DNA of 48,143 nucleotides from a virus (IMGVR_UViG_3300020044_005177:1-48143), one strand, 5' to 3'. Shown: positions 32,625 to 39,094, counted from the stretch's first letter. Numbers and translations: made by a program. The notes: a model not told the origin generated them from the sequence alone.

Positions 32625-32925
32625 GCACAAGCACCTAGACCTTAGCAACTATTTCGATGAGGACGATGCGATTGACATCATCGTATTCTTCAAGAGCGGT
32701 GACCACGCTCAGATCACAGACATCATGGGGAGTGTCTCTATTGATGAGCAGTTCATGAGTGTTCAGCAGACTGGACGGTATGCAAGGTCATTCTACTTTG
32801 ATGCTGACTCAGTTCGGTACTTCGCTATCTGCCCCCGTGAGAATGGTAACGCTTGGAAGCGTAAGGTCATGTCTCGTGAGGCAGAGAGTGATCTTATTAA
32901 TGAGACGTTCAACCTAGAGGACTAG
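32617..32925 (+). CDS. 102 aa hypothetical protein
   Basis: From the ORF track. GGAG RBS, overlaps the previous stop. Confidence 0.7.
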   Translation: MYKHKHLDLSNYFDEDDAIDIIVFFKSGDHAQITDIMGSVSIDEQFMSVQQTGRYARSFYFDADSVRYFAICPRENGNAWKRKVMSREAESDLINETFNLED

Positions 32926-32928
32926 GGG

Positions 32929-33063
32929 ATGAAATCTAATCTAGAGATAACAGAGAAGGAGTTCATCATCTCTCAATACATCAAACAGTCAATCGTCAAC
33001 ATCGACAACCCATTGAGGGCAAAGGAGTTTTTGGTTTCTGCCTTGAGGGTGGTGCATGGGTGA
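32929..33063 (+). CDS. 44 aa hypothetical protein
   Basis: MKSNLEITEKEFIISQYIKQSIVNIDNPLRAKEFLVSALRVVHG. GAGG RBS. Confidence 0.55.
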   Translation: MKSNLEITEKEFIISQYIKQSIVNIDNPLRAKEFLVSALRVVHG

Positions 33064-33180
33064 TAACCGTTGGGGCGCAAGAACTTTGCGCCTCACGGCC
33101 CGGGCCATCGTTATCATTCTGTTATTTAAGATGACCTCATACGACCCCCGAATGTCAGACCCCTCTGCTAGTCTTATGAC

Positions 33181-33345
33181 ATGACGATCACAGAAACGAA
33201 AGCGAATCACTGCTCAGCCTCAACCTCTTGTGAGATCCCTGCCATTGGCTACTACATTGTGGCATGGGGTAAGTGGTACGCCTGCGAGCGACACTTCTCG
33301 CACCCTGTTTTTATCAACCGCAAATTCTATGTGGAGGTATCGTGA
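33181..33345 (+). CDS. 54 aa leaderless Cys/His microprotein
   Basis: MTITETKANHCSASTSCEIPAIGYYIVAWGKWYACERHF.... Confidence 0.65.
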   Translation: MTITETKANHCSASTSCEIPAIGYYIVAWGKWYACERHFSHPVFINRKFYVEVS

Positions 33346-33452
33346 TGACTCACGATGAGAACTGCCCGTGCAGCAAGGCAAAGGAGTGCTTCCTTATTTC
33401 AATGGCTACAGGCAAGTGCATTTCCTGCGAGTGTTCCTACATGGAGGTATAG
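33345..33452 (+). CDS. 35 aa Cys-rich peptide (HDENCPC), copy 1
   Basis: MTHDENCPCSKAKECFLISMATGKCISCECSYMEV. GGAGG RBS. Confidence 0.7.
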   Translation: MTHDENCPCSKAKECFLISMATGKCISCECSYMEV

Positions 33453-33454
33453 TA

Positions 33455-33565
33455 ATGATTCACGATGAGAACTGCCCGTGCAGTAGTGCAACTGAGTGCT
33501 ACCTTATTTCAAAATACACAGGTGTTTGTATTGCCTGCGAGTGTTCCTACTATGAAGGGGTATAG
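33455..33565 (+). CDS. 36 aa Cys-rich peptide (HDENCPC), copy 2
   Basis: MIHDENCPCSSATECYLISKYTGVCIACECSYYEGV. GGAGG RBS, tandem duplicate of copy 1. Confidence 0.7.
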   Translation: MIHDENCPCSSATECYLISKYTGVCIACECSYYEGV

Positions 33566-33567
33566 TA

Positions 33568-33819
33568 ATGATTGATTGGTTCGATAGTGAGTGGGCAGAC
33601 AATGCTTTCTTTGCAGTCTTCAATGGCATCCTTGCTCATATTGATGTTGCTGAGGCTGAGACAGGTTGGTTCTACATGGTTCAGGTTGGACCTGAGCGTT
33701 GTGAGTACCCCGAGATTTTTTCGTGTGGCACTCTGCCAACGCTTGAGGAGGCTCAGGCTAGGGCTGAGGAAAAAATGGTTGAGGCTGATAGTACTTATCA
33801 GCATATAGTTTATTCCTAG
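33568..33819 (+). CDS. 83 aa acidic hypothetical protein
   Basis: From the ORF track, coupled to the previous gene. Confidence 0.65.
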   Translation: MIDWFDSEWADNAFFAVFNGILAHIDVAEAETGWFYMVQVGPERCEYPEIFSCGTLPTLEEAQARAEEKMVEADSTYQHIVYS

Positions 33820-34086
33820 CATGACTTGGGGCTTATCTCATACTAAGGAACATTCTTGGTATGGGATAGGCCCCGGGCATGTGCTCTACCGTATCGTATA
33901 GATACGATTAAGACCCCTGCGAAATATAACCAAATGTAACTGAAGCACGGTTACATTTGGCATGTACCCCCGCTGCGTAATGGTAACCTAAAGTGCTGCG
34001 TAATGGAACACCTAGCCCGGGCCGCTGGCCCGTGACCTCTTACGTTATGAACCCTGAATGTCAGACCCCCATGCTAAGGTGTACCT

Positions 34087-34236
34087 ATGATAAAGAAAAT
34101 GAGGCGTAGCCCAGAGGCCCAGCGGCGTGTAGATGAATTGCGTCGGAGCAATGCTGCCCAACCGCATAGGAGCAAGGTGACCTATACGCGCAAGGTTAAG
34201 CACAAAAATTTCTCCCACTCATCTATTGACAACTGA
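34087..34236 (+). CDS. 49 aa basic leaderless microprotein (YTRKxKH motif)
   Basis: MIKKMRRSPEAQRRVDELRRSNAAQPHRSKVTYTRKVKHKNFSHSSIDN. Confidence 0.7.
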   Translation: MIKKMRRSPEAQRRVDELRRSNAAQPHRSKVTYTRKVKHKNFSHSSIDN

Positions 34237-34254
34237 CCAGACCTAAGATAGGAT
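34226..34254 (+). promoter_or_regulatory. SigA-type promoter driving leaderless gene 34261
   Basis: TTGACA-17 nt-TAGGAT-6 nt-ATG. The same -35/17 nt/-10 layout occurs at 35382, 36257, 37572, 38752 and 39560. Confidence 0.75.
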
Positions 34255-34260
34255 CATACC

Positions 34261-34812
34261 ATGACCACGATGACGATTGACCAGACCGACTATCACTCTA
34301 CCGTCGCAACTTTCAGCGACTTCATCATGCGTGCTACGCTTGCTCAGGTAGAGCAGGCTAGCGTGTGGTATTTCGAGGCCGAGGCTGTAGCCCGTGAGGT
34401 TGCTGCCAATATGACGTTGGACCTAGACCGTGCAGCGTGCATCGTGTCTGCATTCTCTCCCCGTGAGCGTTGGTCCGTCAACGTTCGCAAGGCTCTCGCC
34501 TACTCTGTCGGCCTGCCCGTCACTGGTCTGTCCAACAATGTAACGATGGCTGACGCTAGCCTAGTGCATGGCTTCGATGCGCTTAAGGGTCTGAAGACAA
34601 ATGCCTTCGCCCGTGCCATCGCTGGCGATACTGACGCTGTAGTCATTGACGTTTGGATGTGCCGTGCTGCCAACCTTGGGACCGACTCACCAAATAAGAC
34701 GCAATACAATTTCTTGGCCGATGCCGTTCGGGATACGGCACAATTGTTTGGCCTCTCACCTCGCACCGCTCAGGCGCTTATCTGGATCATCGTTAGGGGT
34801 AGTCATGCTTAG
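34261..34812 (+). CDS. Conserved phage protein, possibly DNA-glycosylase-like helical fold
   Basis: WY..A, SAFSP...W..N, KTNAF, VVIDVWM.R and QALIW motifs. The fold assignment is tentative. Confidence 0.55.
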   Translation: MTTMTIDQTDYHSTVATFSDFIMRATLAQVEQASVWYFEAEAVAREVAANMTLDLDRAACIVSAFSPRERWSVNVRKALAYSVGLPVTGLSNNVTMADASLVHGFDALKGLKTNAFARAIAGDTDAVVIDVWMCRAANLGTDSPNKTQYNFLADAVRDTAQLFGLSPRTAQALIWIIVRGSHA

Positions 34813-34948
34813 AGTAGAAATGCCAATGAAGTCATGGGATGACCTATTGTTCATGCTGTCTCTTCTAGACACTCAGTATATTCCTTCCGCAGAAATCGAC
34901 ATCATGTACGCAGACATCTCCACCCAAATCTACAGTCAGGAATCCTAG
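34805..34948 (+). CDS. 47 aa hypothetical protein
   Basis: MLRVEMPMKSWDDLLF..., overlaps the previous stop. Confidence 0.5.
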   Translation: MLRVEMPMKSWDDLLFMLSLLDTQYIPSAEIDIMYADISTQIYSQES

Positions 34949-35188
34949 TGAGCATAATGACCATAATTACCAACATGATTTTTTTCTTCCTACTCATGGC
35001 CATGCTTGGATCATGCGTCAATCTGTTTGATGGGGGAATGGTTATGCCATAGCCGAGAGGCTACGGCCCGGGCACGCCTTGCCATTTGTCAAGGGTTTAC
35101 GACAGTGATTAAGGTAACCCCAAAACCCCTACCGAATGTCAGACGAGTGTGCTATGGTGTACCTATCAATAAAAACCTAGGAGTAGAC

Positions 35189-35407
35189 ATGAGCACTGAT
35201 CTTATGGAGGTCTTCTCCCTTGAGGAGAATGACCAAATCTATGTGCAAGGCAATCTCTACCGTATCGTTTCCATTGACTATGATGAGATGAGTTACCATG
35301 ATCATATCCTTACCCTCGCAGATGAGGAAGGCAGCCTCAAGAAGATGTGTGCTACGTCACACCAGAAAGTTCGCCTAGTGCTTGACAATGACTACGCCAT
35401 AGTGTAG
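35189..35407 (+). CDS. 72 aa hypothetical protein
   Basis: MSTDLMEVFSLEENDQIYV.... AGGAG RBS, below the last, divergent motif copy. Confidence 0.7.
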   Translation: MSTDLMEVFSLEENDQIYVQGNLYRIVSIDYDEMSYHDHILTLADEEGSLKKMCATSHQKVRLVLDNDYAIV

Positions 35408-35472
35408 ACTAAAGACATAACAACAACGGAGATGCTCACCGTGGCTCTCCTCAACGAAAGGGTGGATACACA

Positions 35473-35637
35473 ATGAAGGTTATCGTCGCAACTGAGACGT
35501 GGAACGTCAACGGCAAGACTGTCGCCAAGGCAGTTGTTCGCAAGACGGACGGCACGTTTGTTGGTGCAACCAACCAGACCAAGACGCTTGAGACTCCCAA
35601 GGTCGTGCGTCCTCGTGTGACCATCGTCGGTCGCTAG
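35473..35637 (+). CDS. 54 aa basic microprotein
   Basis: MKVIVATETWNVNGKTVAKAVVRKTDGTFVGATNQTKTLETPKVVRPRVTIVGR. Confidence 0.7.
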   Translation: MKVIVATETWNVNGKTVAKAVVRKTDGTFVGATNQTKTLETPKVVRPRVTIVGR

Positions 35638-35644
35638 AGACAGA

Positions 35645-35670
35645 CACCTGAGCATGTGCTAAAACTGCTC
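35645..35670 (+). ncRNA. Putative H-type pseudoknot motif, copy 1
   Basis: cac-CTGAGCAT-gtg-ctAAAAC-TGCTC. Confidence 0.55.
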
Positions 35671-35702
35671 AAACCCTCAACCCAACAAACAAAGGAAATC
35701 AC

Positions 35703-35846
35703 ATGTCAGTGTTCATGAGCAAGGTCGGTTCGGAGTTCACTTCGCAGAAGTCAGGTTACACTGGCATTATCGCGGAGATCGTTGCCAATGACAACGGCAC
35801 TCATCGCGTTCGTTTTGAGGACGGACGTTGGACTACGGTTTCGTAG
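35703..35846 (+). CDS. 47 aa small beta-rich (SH3-like) protein
   Basis: MSVFMSKVGSEFTSQKSGYTGIIAEIVANDNGTHRVRFEDGRWTTVS. AAAGGA RBS. Confidence 0.7.
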   Translation: MSVFMSKVGSEFTSQKSGYTGIIAEIVANDNGTHRVRFEDGRWTTVS

Positions 35847-35931
35847 ACTAGGCTTGGGGGTATGCGACCCGCTTCGTGCATCGACTCGCTGACCCCAAGG
35901 GGGCAGGGCTACTAGTAGCAATAACCCCAAA

Positions 35932-35959
35932 CATCCTGAGCATGATGATAAAACTGCTC
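35932..35959 (+). ncRNA. Putative H-type pseudoknot motif, copy 2
   Basis: catc-CTGAGCAT-gatg-atAAAAC-TGCTC, ending 4 nt before tRNA-Asp. Confidence 0.6.
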
Positions 35960-35963
35960 CCAT

Positions 35964-36036
35964 GCGATTGTAGAACAGCGGTTAGTTCGCCACCCTGTCA
36001 CGGTGGAGGTCGTGGGTTCGAATCCCATCAGTCGCG
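35964..36036 (+). tRNA. tRNA-Asp (GTC)
   Basis: Acceptor GCGATTG/CAGTCGC, anticodon arm CCACC-CTGTCAC-GGTGG, T arm GTGGG-TTCGAAT-CCCAT. No encoded CCA. Confidence 0.92.
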
Positions 36037-36325
36037 CTAGGGGGTAAGACAGGTGTGAAGGCCAGCGAGGGAATTCTAGATACTCTCTCAAAACCCGACA
36101 CACTTCCGCTTACCCCCGCCTACCCCCTCCTCACAGGTTGAGCATCCACCCACCCGCTCCCTGTGGGGAGGGGCTTCAACCGCCCGGGCCGCAAACCTTG
36201 ATTTGTCAAGGTTTACGAAAGTGATTTACGATACACGAAAATGTTTCCCGAAACTATTGACTCAGCCCCTGTGATGCTGTATTGTTTACCTATAAGAAAG
36301 TTCACCTAAACGATTGGAGATCATC

Positions 36326-37309
36326 ATGGCACATATGCTTGAGCAGTACGGCGAAATGGCTGCATTCGCTTCCCTTCGCCTGCCTGCGTGGACAGGTCTT
36401 GGCACTATCCTGACCGATGAGGTCACTACGCTTCAGATGCTTGAGGCTGCATACCTTGACAAGTGGAACGTGCGCTGCGAGGAAATTATACTCCCAGGAC
36501 GTTCGCACCGCAACTACTTCGCTACCGTTCGCACCAACCCGTTTGACGGTGAGGATGACGTTCTTGGCGTTGTGGGTGAGCGTTACAAGGTTCTCCAGAA
36601 TGAGGAACTGTTTGCCTTTGGCGACAACATCCTTGACGGCGCACGGTGGGAGACTGCTGGCTCTATCAAGAATGGCACGGTCGTGTTCGGCTCCCTCGCT
36701 CTTGAGCGTGAGTCTGTTATCGACAAGGATGGCGTTGGCGATAAGGTCAACACCTACCTTCTGGTCCACACTTCGCATGACGGTTCCCTCGCTATTCAGG
36801 CGAGCATCACCCCTGTGCGTGTTGTCTGCCAGAATACGCTGAACATGGCGGTGGGTTCTGCCAAGCAGTCTTTCCGCATCCGTCACACCTCTACCGTCGC
36901 AGGCAAGATCACGGCAGCACGAGAGGCGCTTGGCCTTGCACACAAGTACATGGACGAGTTCGACATTCAGGCACAGGCAATGTTTGAGCAGTCGATCACG
37001 GCTGACAAGTTCTTTGAGATCGTCAAGGCTGCATACCCTGAGCCTGAGGCTGATGTCAAGGGCGCAGCGACCAAGTGGACCAACAAGGTTGACACCCTGT
37101 TTGACATCTGGAATGGTCCCACTAGCGTGGGTATCAAGGATACTGCTTGGGGTGCGTACAACACGCTGACTGAGCGGCTTGACTGGTATCGCAATCCTCG
37201 TGGGGGCAATGCTGAGAGTGTGCTTGCGGCTGCTAGTGGTTTCGACGCAGCGACCAACGCTGAGAAGAATCGTCTGCTTGGCATCGTGAAGGAACTCGCC
37301 TTCGCATAG
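36326..37309 (+). CDS. DUF932 / TIGR03299-like phage-plasmid protein
   Basis: MAH start, AWTGLG, LGVVGERYKVLQN, WETAGSI..G, SHDGS, TPVRVVCQNTL, IRHT and TAWGAYN motifs. Confidence 0.88.
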   Translation: MAHMLEQYGEMAAFASLRLPAWTGLGTILTDEVTTLQMLEAAYLDKWNVRCEEIILPGRSHRNYFATVRTNPFDGEDDVLGVVGERYKVLQNEELFAFGDNILDGARWETAGSIKNGTVVFGSLALERESVIDKDGVGDKVNTYLLVHTSHDGSLAIQASITPVRVVCQNTLNMAVGSAKQSFRIRHTSTVAGKITAAREALGLAHKYMDEFDIQAQAMFEQSITADKFFEIVKAAYPEPEADVKGAATKWTNKVDTLFDIWNGPTSVGIKDTAWGAYNTLTERLDWYRNPRGGNAESVLAAASGFDAATNAEKNRLLGIVKELAFA

Positions 37310-37314
37310 CATGG

Positions 37315-37341
37315 TATCCTGAGCATGATATAAAACTGCTC
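37315..37341 (+). ncRNA. Putative H-type pseudoknot motif, copy 3
   Basis: tatc-CTGAGCAT-gata-tAAAAC-TGCTC, ending 4 nt before tRNA-Asn. Confidence 0.6.
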
Positions 37342-37345
37342 ACAT

Positions 37346-37417
37346 TCTCCACTAACTCAACGGCAGAGTGAGCGACTGTTAATCGCTTGGTTCGTGGTTC
37401 GAATCCACGGTGGAGAG
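37346..37417 (+). tRNA. tRNA-Asn (GTT)
   Basis: Acceptor TCTCCAC/GTGGAGA, anticodon arm AGCGA-CTGTTAA-TCGCT, T loop TTCGAAT. Confidence 0.92.
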
Positions 37418-37422
37418 CGCAA

Positions 37423-37494
37423 GGGGGTGGAGCACGGCGGCTGTGCTGCTGACTCTTAATCAGTAGGTCGTGGGTTCGAATCCCACCACCCCCA
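37423..37494 (+). tRNA. tRNA-Lys (CTT), atypical D arm
   Basis: Acceptor GGGGGTG/CACCCCC, anticodon arm GCTGA-CTCTTAA-TCAGT, T arm GTGGG-TTCGAAT-CCCAC. Confidence 0.85.
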
Positions 37495-37606
37495 CAAAGA
37501 ACCGCCCGGGCCGCTGGCCCCGCCTGTTTACGATAACCATTAAGGATTCCCGAAAATCTTTCCCAAAACCCTTGACAACCTATTGCCCATCGTATAGACT
37601 GACGAC

Positions 37607-37768
37607 ATGAAGACAGAGACAATGACTACAGCGGAAATGCAAGAACTCTATGAAGTTCTGGGCTTTGAAGCCTATATGTGCATCGTCAAGCGCAAGTCAG
37701 ATGGTGTGACTGGCGTACTTTACTTTGATCATGCACCTCGTGTATACTACAACTTCCGACCAGTATAG
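37607..37768 (+). CDS. 53 aa leaderless protein
   Basis: MKTETMTTAEMQELYEVLGFEAYMCIVKRKSDGVTGVLYFDHAPRVYYNFRPV. ATG is 6 nt below TTGACA-17-TAGACT. Confidence 0.72.
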   Translation: MKTETMTTAEMQELYEVLGFEAYMCIVKRKSDGVTGVLYFDHAPRVYYNFRPV

Positions 37769-37776
37769 GAGATATC

Positions 37777-38253
37777 ATGACCACGTTTAACGATCCCCGC
37801 CTTGGTGCGAGCCTTGACAATCCCTCGCTCGCTGACCGTGTTATCAATCTGTCCAAGGAACTGTCTGAGGCAAACGATAAGATCGGATTGCTCACCCTTG
37901 CAAAGAATGACATGGATCAAGCGGTAGAGCGATCAGCAACTTGGCAGAAGATGTATGTTCGTCTGACCAATCAGATTGACAATGTGGCAACCATCATCAA
38001 GGATGCGATCATCGCTGATGACGTTGACGTAGATACTCTGAAGAGTATTGCCGAGGAACTCAACATTGCTCTTACCCGCGAGGTTCGTATCAAGATGACG
38101 ATCACCGCAAGCGGTACGGCTACCGTTCCCATCGACTTTGACCTTGACGACATTGACGGTGAGATCAGGGTTGAGTTCAGCAACAACTATGGTACTGATA
38201 CTGAACTGAACATTGATGTCGATGACATGACTGTAGATTGCGAGGACATCTAG
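37777..38253 (+). CDS. 158 aa coiled-coil/acidic hypothetical protein
   Basis: From the ORF track. AGGAGA RBS. Confidence 0.75.
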   Translation: MTTFNDPRLGASLDNPSLADRVINLSKELSEANDKIGLLTLAKNDMDQAVERSATWQKMYVRLTNQIDNVATIIKDAIIADDVDVDTLKSIAEELNIALTREVRIKMTITASGTATVPIDFDLDDIDGEIRVEFSNNYGTDTELNIDVDDMTVDCEDI

Positions 38254-38492
38254 TGTCTACCCTGCTTGACGAGAATACTATGGCTCTTGTCATTTCTGAG
38301 TCTGGAACTGTCCACGTTAAGGCTTGGTTTAGTAAGACAGTCTGTGGCAAGGACTGTTGGGACAGTCACAGGTGGTGGTATGGAGGCTTGACAAACCTGC
38401 GTTGGGTTGGTAGACTAGCACAGTCCACCAAGTCCAACCACTTCTGCAAGGCATGTGCCCGAACCTATAAGGATGTGAATATCAATGGCTAA
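38253..38492 (+). CDS. Hypothetical protein (H..C..CxxC)
   Basis: Likely GTG start overlapping the previous TAG. Contains VH...TVCG...FCKAC. Confidence 0.6.
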   Translation: MSTLLDENTMALVISESGTVHVKAWFSKTVCGKDCWDSHRWWYGGLTNLRWVGRLAQSTKSNHFCKACARTYKDVNING

Positions 38493-38664
38493 GTATATTG
38501 TTCGATATGAGTCCCGCGATTACTACGAGAAGGAGTATGAGGCTAATTCATTTGATGAGGCTGAAACTCTATTCTATGCTGATGACAAGTTGTTTGGGGG
38601 TAAGCCATATAATTCTGACATGGAACTGATTGAGGTTGTGAATCACGATGGACTCTATGAGTGA
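38485..38664 (+). CDS. 59 aa acidic protein
   Basis: MAKYIVRYESRDYYEKEYEANSFDEAETLFY.... Confidence 0.6.
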   Translation: MAKYIVRYESRDYYEKEYEANSFDEAETLFYADDKLFGGKPYNSDMELIEVVNHDGLYE

Positions 38665-38785
38665 CTATGAGCAACTAGAGTTTGACTTTGACTATGCGGA
38701 GGAACAGTGGAAGAAGATTCAGAATGCTACCTCATGACTATACCCCCGCTATTGACTAGCAAAGACAAACGTAGTAAGATCTGGT

Positions 38786-39055
38786 GTGCAACACACAAAC
38801 GATATGTCAAGGGAGAATGCAATGCTGCATCTGTATGAGGTCAAGGAAGACGGCGAGCACTATTGGGAGGTATACAAGAATGACCCCATCATACCTTGGA
38901 GCGATAATTTCGTAGAGTGCTTTGATGACAATGAGTTTACTGCTTATCACACGGACCTCATGGCACGAGGCTTGGACTTCGTTATTCATTTCTATGACGA
39001 GGATGTCGATGAGTACCATCTAGTGCTAGAACCACAAAGGTTGGTGAAGGCATAG
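38786..39055 (+). CDS. 89 aa acidic hypothetical protein
   Basis: GTG start just below a TTGACT-17-TAAGAT promoter. Confidence 0.65.
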   Translation: MQHTNDMSRENAMLHLYEVKEDGEHYWEVYKNDPIIPWSDNFVECFDDNEFTAYHTDLMARGLDFVIHFYDEDVDEYHLVLEPQRLVKA

Positions 39056-39094
39056 TCCTAAGGAATTCCCTAAGGACTATGGTATACTTATCAT

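Larger units (their letters stand above)
26422..35160 (+). repeat. Array of about 28 copies of the promoter motif (AA)TGTCAGACCCC-n-TG-n-TAnnnT
   Basis: TGTCA starts at 26422, 26619, 26803, 27011, 27549, 27772, 27960, 28155, 28350, 28539, 28732, 28941, 29208, 29395, 29630, 29917, 30097, 30324, 30664, 30942, 31248, 31550, 31748, 32230, 32373, 33153, 34059 and 35137. Every copy lies upstream of a small ORF. Confidence 0.95.

Noticed and set aside
27494-34060. Classical integron attC sites
   Set aside because: There are no RYYYAAC..GTTRRRY long imperfect palindromes and no IntI-like integrase in the window. The analogy is architectural only.
26422-35160. CRISPR array interpretation of the TGTCAGACCC repeats
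   Set aside because: The repeats are degenerate, the intervening sequences are 140 to over 500 bp and protein-coding, and there are no cas genes.
36302-37312. 336-aa minus-strand ORF antisense to DUF932
   Set aside because: It is a shadow frame of a GC3-rich gene. The plus strand carries the recognisable family motifs.
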